Shown here in pieces: positions 1-8,306 of a DNA stretch of 29,767 nt. The notes below the pieces were generated by a model. It searched no databases, was not told where the DNA came from, and saw only the letters and a program-made list of their open reading frames with translations. The stretch lies in NCBI GenBank assembly GCA_049971805.1, contig JBMFKU010000017.1, positions 1 to 29,767 on the forward strand, written 5' to 3'. The translations under genes and the position numbers were made by a program. Source of the stretch: Caldisphaera sp. Lineage in GTDB: Archaea; Thermoproteota; Thermoprotei_A; Sulfolobales; Acidilobaceae. The stretch's first letter is position 1. Every line of letters begins with the position of its first letter.

Positions 1-10
1 CCATATATTA

Positions 11-502
11 TCACCCATTACCCTCTTTATTTTCTTGCTCATTACTTTTCTGTGGCTCAGAACTTTGTTCAACATTTTTTTCTTCTTTTACTTCCTTTAC
101 TTCCTGCTTTTCTTCTTCTGTCTCTGTAACTTTCCCTCCTCTTCTAGCTATTATTTTCCTTCTTTCCTCATCCTTTAAATCTAAATCAGTTATAATCAAG
201 TTCCATGGCCTAAACTTAACTGGTATTTCTGTTCCATCAGCTTTTTTCCTAGTTATACCTTCAATTTTTACAAACAATCTCTTTAAATCAACATCAGATA
301 TCTTACCAGTTTTACCTTTATAATTACCTTTAATAATTCTTACCTTGTCACCTACCTTAACTGGTATGTTCCTTACTCCAAATTTTTGTTTTAATTCTTT
401 ACTCAAAGGGACTGTTACAAACCTATGCCTTAAATGCAAAGGAGCATTATGTATGAACTTTCTTTGTTTTTTAGGTAACGATGATGTAATCATTTTATTC
501 AC
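11..502 (-). CDS. rpl24: 50S ribosomal protein L24 (uL24) with acidic C-terminal tail
   Basis: PKKQRK...APLHLR...LSKELK...RNIPVKVGDKVRIIKGNYKGKTGKI (KOW motif); follows rpl14. GTG at 502; alternative ATG at 493. Confidence 0.97.
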   Translation of the reverse strand: MNKMITSSLPKKQRKFIHNAPLHLRHRFVTVPLSKELKQKFGVRNIPVKVGDKVRIIKGNYKGKTGKISDVDLKRLFVKIEGITRKKADGTEIPVKFRPWNLIITDLDLKDEERRKIIARRGGKVTETEEEKQEVKEVKEEKNVEQSSEPQKSNEQENKEGNG

Positions 503-503
503 C

Positions 504-926
504 CTAAATAATTGATGTAGCCAATTTTGCTACTGTTGGCCATCTTTCTGCAACCTCTTTTGGCACAGCACCTCTTATTTCACTACCTTTTGGAGTTCCG
601 TCAGGATTAACCAATACTATTGCATTGTTATCAAATGATATCCAAGTTCCATCTGACCTTCTATAAGGTCTTTTCTGCCTTATAACAACTGCATGACTTA
701 TTTGCTTTCTTACCTGAGGTGTTCCTTTCTTTATCGTAACAACTACTAAATCACCAACTGTTGCTCTTCCCAATCTTCTTACTCTTGTTTTTACTAAAGG
801 TACATCTACAATCATTGCTTCCTTTGCTCCACTATTATCTGCTACAACAGCATTTGTACCTACTTGTAAACCTGCGCTTAATCCACGCCTTGAAAGCACT
901 GCACCATATTTCTTCTTCTTTGGCAT
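504..926 (-). CDS. rpl14: 50S ribosomal protein L14 (uL14)
   Basis: VADNSGAK, AVVIRQKRPYRRSDG, FDNNAIVLVNPDGTPKGSEIRG signatures. Confidence 0.98.
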   Translation of the reverse strand: MPKKKKYGAVLSRRGLSAGLQVGTNAVVADNSGAKEAMIVDVPLVKTRVRRLGRATVGDLVVVTIKKGTPQVRKQISHAVVIRQKRPYRRSDGTWISFDNNAIVLVNPDGTPKGSEIRGAVPKEVAERWPTVAKLATSII

Positions 927-939
927 ATTTTTTCCCTCC

Positions 940-1281
940 TTACTCTAATTTACCTAAAGCTACAAACTTAATAGTTTTTGAGATAGGTCTCGTTTCACCA
1001 ATAATTATTTTATCCCCTTCTTTTATTTCTATGCATTCTGGTACATGTATTTGCTTTCTAGATCTTCTCCATTCATATCTCTTATATTTTCTATTGTAAT
1101 ACAAATATTCATGCCTAACTACTGCACTGTTTTTACCTCTCATTTTTTCAACAATTACTTCTAACAATACTCCCCTTACTCTAAGTGATCCATGCCATGG
1201 GCAATTTGGATCGCTACATGATCTCTGAGGTGGCTTGACCCCAGGTATTTGTAAATTCTTGATTAACTTTTGTATAGGCAT
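940..1281 (-). CDS. rps17: 30S ribosomal protein S17 (uS17)
   Basis: Archaeal N-terminal CSDPNCPWHG, KYKRYEWRRS, GETRPISKTIKF. Confidence 0.97.
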   Translation of the reverse strand: MPIQKLIKNLQIPGVKPPQRSCSDPNCPWHGSLRVRGVLLEVIVEKMRGKNSAVVRHEYLYYNRKYKRYEWRRSRKQIHVPECIEIKEGDKIIIGETRPISKTIKFVALGKLE

Positions 1282-1341
1282 TAATCTTACACCCAGCTTG
1301 CTTATTCATGTCACCGCATATGGGAGAGGTGAAAAATCATA

Positions 1342-1349
1342 CTTATAAA
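1342..1349 (-). promoter_or_regulatory. Possible internal TATA box upstream of rps17
   Basis: TTTATAAG on the minus strand in the ~105-bp gap between rnp1 and rps17, the only sizeable gap in the cluster. Confidence 0.4.
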
Positions 1350-1386
1350 CTCTATCGATGCTTTTTTTAAATTTTTATAAAAATTT

Positions 1387-1686
1387 TTATATTATCCTCT
1401 TAACTCTATCTTCAGGCAAGCCTATTATATCATCGCCATTAACTAAAATTTCTTTACCATCATCTAAATAAAATTTGAATTTTCCACCCGACTTTAACAC
1501 TATCTTATCTTTATCCCCGCACCTAATCAAAATTGTGTTTCTTGTTTCATAAACTACTTTTCCTTTAATTCCTTCTAGAGATGGATCGAGATGCTTAACA
1601 ATAAAGACATCTAAACCTATTAATTCGTGATAAAGAATGTTGTTTCGGGTAATCTTCAATATTAAACTACCTAGATTTACTTTCAT
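1387..1686 (-). CDS. rnp1: Ribonuclease P protein component 1 (Rpp29/Pop4)
   Basis: HELIGL...GIKGKVVYETRNT...PEDRVK; canonical position between rpl29 and rps17. Confidence 0.95.
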   Translation of the reverse strand: MKVNLGSLILKITRNNILYHELIGLDVFIVKHLDPSLEGIKGKVVYETRNTILIRCGDKDKIVLKSGGKFKFYLDDGKEILVNGDDIIGLPEDRVKRII

Positions 1687-1873
1687 TTAATATTGTTAAT
1701 ATTCTAGCTACATTTTTCCTTAATTGCCTTATTCTAGCTGGATTGTCCAAAGAACCAGTAAAGGATTTATGCCTTAATACCGATAGCTCCGATAAGGTAT
1801 CTTTTAAAGTTTTCTCTAACTCTTCTCTTTGCATTTTTCTTAATTCTGCTGTTTTAACTTTGTACTTCCCCAC
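1667..1873 (-). CDS. rpl29: 50S ribosomal protein L29 (uL29)
   Basis: KTAELRKM...NPARIRQLRKNVARILTILNE. Start moved from 1903 to the GTG at 1873, which has SD GAGGTG 7 nt upstream (1881-1886). Confidence 0.93.
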   Translation of the reverse strand: MGKYKVKTAELRKMQREELEKTLKDTLSELSVLRHKSFTGSLDNPARIRQLRKNVARILTILNESKSR

Positions 1874-2597
1874 TTTTTTCCACCTCTTCTTCCGGTGTCT
1901 CATTAACTTCTTCTAGCATTTCCTCCAATCTTTCTGGTCCTTCTCTAGATTTTATTTCTTCAATCTTTTCCTTTATTGATTGAACGACACCCTTTATTTC
2001 CCCTTCAGATTTTTCCTTTATATGAGGTAACGAAGCTTCAGGTTTTATTATTAACACCCTAACCCCATAAATACCTTGAGGTAATTTAGCATGGGCCACA
2101 GCTTTATCAACAAATTGATCAACAGTATCTCCAGTTTTAATTACCTTTCCCATCTGTAACTTTTCAAATTTAGCTCTTTCATTAGTTAATTTTCCACTTA
2201 TTACTACCTCGGCTCCTAAAGCACCAGCTTCCATAATTCTCCTTAGCGTAGCCATCGCAACTCTCCTAAAGTGATATCCCATTTCTAATGATCTTGTAAC
2301 CCTAAATGCTTGTATTCTGGCACTTAATTCCATGTTATCAGGCTGGCTAACCGTTACTTGAGCATTCTCTAACCCAAATACCTTTTGAAAAACAGCTTGT
2401 AATCTTCTTATTGTTGCGCCTTTCCTTCCTATTATCAAGGCGGGTCTTTCCGCAAAAATATGTATTCTAGTACCTAATCCGCTCTGAACCATGTGAACCC
2501 CTGAATATCCAGCACCATAAAAGTTTTGAGCCAAATACTCATCAATTTTTACCCTTATCATGGCTTGATCCAAGAAATATTTCTTTATCCTAGACAT
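1854..2597 (-). CDS. rps3: 30S ribosomal protein S3 (uS3)
   Basis: KH motif RPALIIGRKGATIRRL; IMEAGALGAEVVISGKLTNERAK; acidic C-tail overlaps the rpl29 start. Confidence 0.98.
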   Translation of the reverse strand: MSRIKKYFLDQAMIRVKIDEYLAQNFYGAGYSGVHMVQSGLGTRIHIFAERPALIIGRKGATIRRLQAVFQKVFGLENAQVTVSQPDNMELSARIQAFRVTRSLEMGYHFRRVAMATLRRIMEAGALGAEVVISGKLTNERAKFEKLQMGKVIKTGDTVDQFVDKAVAHAKLPQGIYGVRVLIIKPEASLPHIKEKSEGEIKGVVQSIKEKIEEIKSREGPERLEEMLEEVNETPEEEVEKSGEVQS

Positions 2598-2601
2598 TAT
2601 A

Positions 2602-3075
2602 TTACCCCTCCATTCTAACCATTACTTCAATATTAGACCTAAACTTTCTTATAACATCTGCTCTTCCAAAAGCTCTAGGCATTGCTCTTTTTAATGTTAA
2701 TCCTTTTCCAATACCAATATGAAATATTACTAACTTGTCTACCTCTAGTCCTTTATTCTCAGCATTATTTTCAACATTATCTAATACTTTTAACATATAC
2801 TTTGCGGCCTTAACAGGGTATCTACCTGATGGCCATCCCCACCTATCGCTCAGGCCCTTCTTATGAGAAACTTTTTTATGAGAACTTCTAAAAGGTATCG
2901 CTTCTCTCTTAGCAATCACTTCATTTAAGTATCTTTTAGCCTTTTGCAATGGCATACCATATATTGAATTTGCAACTTCAACCATTACCTTAGGATGCAC
3001 AGGCACTTCCCTTATTATAGCCTTAGCTATTTTGCTTTCGTCTGCTAATTTAATGGAGTAATTCCATTCTGGCAT
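2602..3075 (-). CDS. rpl22: 50S ribosomal protein L22 (uL22)
   Basis: GRYPVKAAK, ENNAENKGL, MPRAFGRA. Confidence 0.98.
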   Translation of the reverse strand: MPEWNYSIKLADESKIAKAIIREVPVHPKVMVEVANSIYGMPLQKAKRYLNEVIAKREAIPFRSSHKKVSHKKGLSDRWGWPSGRYPVKAAKYMLKVLDNVENNAENKGLEVDKLVIFHIGIGKGLTLKRAMPRAFGRADVIRKFRSNIEVMVRMEG

Positions 3076-3087
3076 TAATTTTCACCT

Positions 3088-3525
3088 TTACACTTTAGCA
3101 GCTACATGTAAGCTACTCTTAGATGCTTTTAAGCCTGGTTCTCCATGACGAACTGCCCTTGTAGTATGACTAAAATCACCTAAACGATGACCAAGCATTT
3201 CTGGAGTTATTTTTATTGGTACAAATTCCTTACCATTATGAACTGCTATAGTTAAACCAAGCATTTCTGGTAATATTACTAAATCCCTTACATGGGTTTT
3301 TATAACAACATTAACTTTACTTGGATCTTGTTGCATTTCTTTTCTTAATGCTCTAATTTTAGAAAGAAGTATTTTTTGAGATGAAGTAAAACCTCTATTT
3401 AAGCTTCTTCTAGATCTAGATGGAAATAAATTTGCTAATTCATCCATAGGCATATTAAATATTTCTTCCAAAGATTTACCTCTATATTTAAATCTTTTCC
3501 ATTCCGGCCTGAGCTCTATAGACAT
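3088..3525 (-). CDS. rps19: 30S ribosomal protein S19 (uS19)
   Basis: [43 protein letters not shown]; SD AGGTGA upstream. Confidence 0.98.
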   Translation of the reverse strand: MSIELRPEWKRFKYRGKSLEEIFNMPMDELANLFPSRSRRSLNRGFTSSQKILLSKIRALRKEMQQDPSKVNVVIKTHVRDLVILPEMLGLTIAVHNGKEFVPIKITPEMLGHRLGDFSHTTRAVRHGEPGLKASKSSLHVAAKV

Positions 3526-3590
3526 ACGTTTTTCACCTTGTCGTTTCTCTCGCGCCCTCTTTCTAACAATTTTTTAGCTTAATTCTACCC

Positions 3591-3598
3591 TTTTAAAA
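3591..3598 (-). promoter_or_regulatory. Putative TATA box of the rps19-led cluster
   Basis: TTTTAAAA about 65 nt upstream of the rps19 ATG, preceded by a purine-rich stretch. Confidence 0.45.
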
Positions 3599-3665
3599 TT
3601 CTTCTATATTTTATACATTAATTAAAAATAAATATTAAATTAACTATTTTTAATGTCAAAAACAT

Positions 3666-4091
3666 TTATGTTGGTGCCTCAAACTGTCTAACTCTTACTT
3701 GAGTTACAATATCAATTGCTTCCAAAATAGTTTTTAATTTTTCAGCATCAATTGAACTTTGACTAACATCTACAATAAATGTACATTCCCCTTCCTCTTT
3801 TCTAGTAATAGATGTACACCTATTAGCAATAATATCAATCTTATACTCTGCCATTTTATCAATAACTTTAGCAAGCGATCCTGGCTGATCTCGCATGTCT
3901 ACATTTAATTCCAAAACTTTTGCATTCTCCGATAATATAGGGCTAATTATTATTTCTTTTTTATCACTATCTGCTAATAAAGCAACTAACATACCCGGTT
4001 CTATACCCAAGTTCTCTCTCATAGTTTGTGGTATAGTAATTCTACCCTTTGAGTCTACTTTGACCAATCCTGAAATCCTCATGCTAGACAC
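3666..4091 (-). CDS. AbrB/MazE/SpoVT DNA-binding domain plus ACT domain regulator
   Basis: VKVDSKGRITIPQTMRENLGIEPG (swapped-hairpin domain); DMRDQPGSLAKV (ACT signature). Confidence 0.9.
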   Translation of the reverse strand: MSSMRISGLVKVDSKGRITIPQTMRENLGIEPGMLVALLADSDKKEIIISPILSENAKVLELNVDMRDQPGSLAKVIDKMAEYKIDIIANRCTSITRKEEGECTFIVDVSQSSIDAEKLKTILEAIDIVTQVRVRQFEAPT

Positions 4092-4289
4092 AATCTAACA
4101 CCTCTACTCTATATACCCACTTTTTCAACTAAATTCATACATATCCTTATATTTTAAGGTAAAGTAAGAAATATAAAATTTTACTTTTTGTTTTCAGTTT
4201 TAATTTAAAATTATAAAATTTTAAAATATTATTATACATTAGTTATAGATTTAATAACAAAACTAATCTGTAAACTTTTTTATTAACAT

Positions 4290-4355
4290 TTGCGGTCAGA
4301 GTGAGACTAGGTTCTTCATCTTTCTTCATGGGTTGCCCACATCATCATACCGCAA
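4290..4355 (-). ncRNA. Box C/D methylation-guide sRNA
   Basis: Minus strand reads TTGCGGT-ATGATGA(C)-TGTGGGCAACCC-ATGA(D')-AGAAAG-ATGAAGA(C')-ACCTAGTCTCACT-CTGA(D)-CCGCAA. Guides are 12-13 nt, there is a terminal stem TTGCGG/CCGCAA, and it is a GC-richer island in an AT-rich spacer. Confidence 0.92.
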
Positions 4356-4407
4356 TTTACTAATATTTATTTTAGCCTATTAATTCTTAAAGCAAGTTTT
4401 TACTATA

Positions 4408-6141
4408 TTATTTCTTTATTATTTTTATATCCTTCAATAAACAAGGTCTCTCCTCTTCTGCTTTTTCCTTGGCATTTTTGATTATTTGATCTAAAGTATA
4501 GAGAAAATCATCGGGTAATTTTTTGAATAATGGCTCTATTTTATTAATTTTAGTATTTGGCTTTATTCTATATGATATAATATCATTTAATGATATCCTA
4601 TTTGAATCTGTATCAAATCCTAGTTGATAAAATATTTTTTCTGAAATCTTTGGCATAAATGGTGACAACAGCTCAGCCAATATCCTAATTATATCAGTAG
4701 ATATGTAAATAACTCCTTTTGCCAATTCTATGTCTTTTTTTACTAAATCCCACGGCGCTCTATCGTTTAAGTATCTGTTTCCTATTCTGGCTATCTCTAA
4801 GATGTAATCGGTTGATTTTTTGAGCTTAATTTCATCTAATGATTTAATGGCATTATTGGCATTTTCTATAATTGCATTAAAAGTCTCTCTGTCAACACTT
4901 TCCAATTTTTCTGGCATTGGTATTTCATTATTAAACCTAGTTTTAACCAGAGAAAGAACCCTATAAATGAAGTTACCTATATCATCATTAAGCTCACTAT
5001 TAATTATCTTTAAAAATTCTTTCCATGTAAAGTTTGAATCTCCTCCTTCTGGTCTTATCCTTATTAATACCCAGCGCCAATAATCTGATGGTGCTATTTT
5101 TAATGCCTCATCTAACCAAATCCCTATTTTTCTACTTTTGCTAAACTTTTGCCCTTCATACATCAAATACTCTGTGGCATTTATTCTCCATGGTAATATG
5201 TAATCATTTTCTGATGCAATTAATAGAGAAGGTAATATTATTGAATGAAAAGGTATATTATCTTTTCCTATAAAATAAACTGATTTAGTATCTTGGTCTT
5301 CCCAGTACTTTTTCCATTCATCTTCATTTTTACCAATACTAATCAAATATTCCTTAGTTGCACTCAAATAACCTAAAAGAGCATCAAACCAAACATATAT
5401 AGTTTTACCGCTTGATTCTGGAAAAGGTGACTCTATTCCCCATGGTATATCTCTAGTGACACTTCTAGGTTTTAATCCGTGTTTTAGCCATGAAATGCTA
5501 TAATTTTTAACATTATCTGGAAGCTCATTGTTATTTACTAGCCAATTCAATAGCCTATCTTGAACCTTAGTTAAATCTATAAAATAATTTATAGTTTTTC
5601 TCCATTCTGGCACAGCCCCGCATAATGCACACCTTGGATTTATTAAATCTTTTGGGCTTAATAACCTTCCACAATTATCACACTGATCCCCTTTTGCGTC
5701 TGGAAAACCACAATATGGACATGTACCAACTACGTATCTATCTGGCAAAAACATTTTATCATTCGGACAATAAGGAAGCTCTTCTTCTAATGGAAAGATA
5801 TACCCTTTATTATAAAGATTTAATAAAAATTCTTTAACAAAATTTTTGTGTACCACGCTTTCTGTCCTTGAATACAGGCTAAAGTTGAAGTTAAATTCTT
5901 CAAATAATTTTAAGTTATATTCATGGACTTGATCTGTTAGTTCCTTTGGATTTACCTTTCTTTTTCTTGCTTCTAATTCTATAGGAGTTCCATGCTCATC
6001 ACTACCAGTAACAAAGATAACGTCATTGCCCATTAATTTTAGATACCTAGAATAAACGTCTGCGCTTAACAAATGTAAGACTGTACCTAAATGTGGTATA
6101 TAATCCGAATACGGCCATGCTGATGCAACTATATATTTCAT
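4408..6141 (-). CDS. metG: Methionine--tRNA ligase (short form, no C-terminal OB domain)
   Basis: SAWPY...PHLGT (HIGH-like), GSDEHGTPI, Zn knuckles, YVWFDAL, FIGKDNIPFH, KFSKS. Start set to ATG 6141, with a G-run SD at 6151-6155; the ORF track gives 6174. Confidence 0.97.
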   Translation of the reverse strand: MKYIVASAWPYSDYIPHLGTVLHLLSADVYSRYLKLMGNDVIFVTGSDEHGTPIELEARKRKVNPKELTDQVHEYNLKLFEEFNFNFSLYSRTESVVHKNFVKEFLLNLYNKGYIFPLEEELPYCPNDKMFLPDRYVVGTCPYCGFPDAKGDQCDNCGRLLSPKDLINPRCALCGAVPEWRKTINYFIDLTKVQDRLLNWLVNNNELPDNVKNYSISWLKHGLKPRSVTRDIPWGIESPFPESSGKTIYVWFDALLGYLSATKEYLISIGKNEDEWKKYWEDQDTKSVYFIGKDNIPFHSIILPSLLIASENDYILPWRINATEYLMYEGQKFSKSRKIGIWLDEALKIAPSDYWRWVLIRIRPEGGDSNFTWKEFLKIINSELNDDIGNFIYRVLSLVKTRFNNEIPMPEKLESVDRETFNAIIENANNAIKSLDEIKLKKSTDYILEIARIGNRYLNDRAPWDLVKKDIELAKGVIYISTDIIRILAELLSPFMPKISEKIFYQLGFDTDSNRISLNDIISYRIKPNTKINKIEPLFKKLPDDFLYTLDQIIKNAKEKAEEERPCLLKDIKIIKK

Positions 6142-6323
6142 CGACTTCATCCCCCGATGTTTAATTGGTTCCAAATTGATGGAACCATAATTTAAATCTT
6201 TTTCTTTTAAAGCTCTCGCTACCTCTCTATTTGAAGTGTGAGAAATTTTAATGTTTATTATTAATTTCTTCCTATTAAAAGCTTGCTAATAATTGATGTT
6301 TAAAAACTATAAATTATAAGAAA

Positions 6324-6689
6324 TTATGCATACTCTCTCCATGTATACCCGCATTTGGTACATCTGTAAAACCTTGTAGGTGGTTCATCCGCAGCCCTGG
6401 TCTGAATCATCCACACAAGTAATTCATCGTTACCACATCTTGGACATCTAATACTGCCCTTTATTACTTGCGCAGTTGGTGGTGGAGCTTCTCCATCAAC
6501 GACAATAGTTTTATCTCTTGGCGAATGATGAATTTTTTCACTCATTTTTAGCGAATTCGATAAGTTATTAGTATCGACTTCTATCTTATAACCACATTTA
6601 GGGCAAAACAAATATAATTTACCATTAATATGCTTTGGTTTCATTAAACTTCCACATTTAGGGCAAAACATCATTGATCCTTGAACCAC
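6324..6689 (-). CDS. tfs: Transcription factor S (TFS; RpoM/A12.2/C11 family)
   Basis: Two Zn ribbons (FCPKCG twice; CPRCG...CTKCG) and an intact catalytic hairpin QTRAADEPPTRFY. Confidence 0.96.
   Translation of the reverse strand: MVQGSMMFCPKCGSLMKPKHINGKLYLFCPKCGYKIEVDTNNLSNSLKMSEKIHHSPRDKTIVVDGEAPPPTAQVIKGSIRCPRCGNDELLVWMIQTRAADEPPTRFYRCTKCGYTWREYA
6592..6670. repeat. Perfect 19-bp direct repeat inside tfs
   Basis: CCACATTTAGGGCAAAACA at 6592-6610 and 6652-6670, each encoding FCPKCG on the minus strand. Confidence 0.9.
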
Positions 6690-6835
6690 TGCTTCAACAC
6701 CTTTATTGGTACCTCAAATTAATTTATCAGTCAAAACTAATACGTTTTATCACACCAAATTTACTTCTTGATTTAAAACATAAAAATTTCATCCTTTATA
6801 ATAATCTTTAAAAAACTAAAAGCAAAATATTAAAT

Positions 6836-7075
6836 CTATTTACCTAAGCTCTCTCCTACTTTCTTCAGAAAATCTTCGTCGGGTTCTAACTTCTTTCTAT
6901 AATTTGCCTGTTTGACGCTACTTTTTTTGCCTTCACAACTCATTTTTTTATTATCTGATAATAGAGCAATACAATAAGGACAAACGCGCACATATTTGTT
7001 GTTTATTTTGCATATAGATGTTGGTAATCTTCTTTTACACAACTCGCAATATTCCCATGATAAAGTAATTCGCAA
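6836..7075 (-). CDS. Small basic Zn-finger hypothetical protein
   Basis: 79 aa, CELC...CPYC pairs, Lys-rich; SD-like AGGTGA upstream of a TTG start. Confidence 0.75.
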   Translation of the reverse strand: MRITLSWEYCELCKRRLPTSICKINNKYVRVCPYCIALLSDNKKMSCEGKKSSVKQANYRKKLEPDEDFLKKVGESLGK

Positions 7076-7286
7076 ATATATTTCACCCTATAATATATAA
7101 CAATAAAACCGGCTTAAATATTCCTTATGTTATTATATTTTTATTAAAAATTACTTTTTATTTACTTTCTTTAATTTTTATGAGAAATATTTTAATATTT
7201 TGCTAATAATAAGAAAATTCCTCCCTTTAAGACTAAAATTATATAAGTTAAAATTAGTTATAAAAATATCTTTAGATATTATTATA

Positions 7287-7417
7287 AAGGATTTGAAAGC
7301 TCATTATTAAAGAGATTCATAGGAATTCCCAAACACATCAATATGTGCATAAATGTAAAGTCTCGAGAACAATGGAATTCCTCATTAATGAGCTTATCTA
7401 ACTGATCAGAAATCCTT
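7287..7417. other. Structured intergenic element with nested inverted repeats (candidate ncRNA or MITE-like element)
   Basis: AAGGATTT 7287-94 / AAATCCTT 7410-17; AAGCTCATTA 7297-7306 / TAATGAGCTT 7386-95; AGGAATTCC 7321-29 / GGAATTCCT 7374-82; inner CACAT-caat-ATGTG hairpin. Confidence 0.6.
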
Positions 7418-7500
7418 CTATTTTAATAACACGAAAACAAAAAGATTTGTAGCAAAAGTTTCTTAAACTTAGAAATTAAACTAAAACATTAGGAAAAAAA

Positions 7501-8226
7501 TTGAGGTCATTAAGACTTATTATAGTGGGTATAGAGGGATCCAATAATTTAGGCTATTTATTTAGACTTTCAGAAAACTTTGACGTGAACGAAATATATT
7601 TGGTTTCACCAACAGCTAGCGGAATTGAAGCTCTTAGATATGCTGTTAAGGGTTTTAATAGGCTATATGATTCAATTATTGTATCTACCTTACCTGATGC
7701 ATTAAAGGATATTGATCTATCTATATGTACATCTGATGAAAGTTCTAATGATGATATTTTAAGAACACCTATTACTCCTAAACAAGCAGCTATACTTGCT
7801 TCTAATGTTAAAGGTAAGGTAGCATTGGTATTAGGTAGGGAAAGCGTAGGGTTAACTCGGAATGAAATAAAACAATGTGATGTTTTATGCAATATACCAT
7901 CTTCAAGTAAATATAAAGCATTAAATGTATCTAATGCTGCATCTATATTACTTTACGAACTTTATATTGAAAATAATAAGCAAACATCAATTGAAGATTC
8001 CCCCGATAAAAGGATATTAGATTTAATTGCAGCATATAGTGAAGCCTTAATAAATGGATTATTTACAAAAGAAGAAAATGAAGATATTTTAATTGCTATT
8101 AGAAGAATTGCAGCAAAATCAAGAAAGGGAGAGGCTACTAGGTTATTAAAAATGCTTAGTAAGATTTGTGTTAAGCAAGGTTGTAAAGACAAGCTTAAAC
8201 TAACAGAAAATTTAAAAACTAAATAA
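7501..8226 (+). CDS. trmJ: SPOUT-family RNA methyltransferase, TrmJ-like (tRNA C32/U32 2'-O-methylase)
   Basis: NLGYLFRLSENF, ALVLGRESVGLTRNEI, IPSSSKYKALNVSNAASILLYE. Confidence 0.85.
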   Translation: MRSLRLIIVGIEGSNNLGYLFRLSENFDVNEIYLVSPTASGIEALRYAVKGFNRLYDSIIVSTLPDALKDIDLSICTSDESSNDDILRTPITPKQAAILASNVKGKVALVLGRESVGLTRNEIKQCDVLCNIPSSSKYKALNVSNAASILLYELYIENNKQTSIEDSPDKRILDLIAAYSEALINGLFTKEENEDILIAIRRIAAKSRKGEATRLLKMLSKICVKQGCKDKLKLTENLKTK

Positions 8227-8306
8227 TTAGAAATTAAGCTACATTAAATGGTACCATAGCCAATGTTTTTTTAAGATATAAAATTACTATTTGGTTTATT
8301 AAAAAT

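Noticed and set aside
761-1099. Antisense ORFs in the track (761-1099, 3895-4098, 5625-5837, 7554-7892, 7962-8192, 8506-8886, 9835-10077, 10901-11137 and similar ones to 27250)
   Set aside because: Shadows opposite well-supported genes, with Ile/Ser/Phe/Leu-rich composition and no recognisable motifs.
1874-1903. Basic N-terminal extension of L29 (MRHRKKRWKK)
   Set aside because: Artefact of overlap with rps3; the GTG at 1873 has a well-spaced SD.
6735-6795. C/D-like words upstream of tfs (GTGATAA...CTGA)
   Set aside because: Degenerate box C, no second box pair, no terminal stem.
7076-7260. AT-rich spacer as a replication origin
   Set aside because: No ORB-like boxes with G-strings and no cdc6/orc1 gene in the window.
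7287-7417. Hammerhead ribozyme reading (minus strand: stem-CUGAUCA...stem-UC-stem)
   Set aside because: Core is CUGAUCA rather than CUGANGA, there is no correctly placed GAAA and no stem II; the plus-strand reading lacks stem I. Kept only as an unexplained structure.
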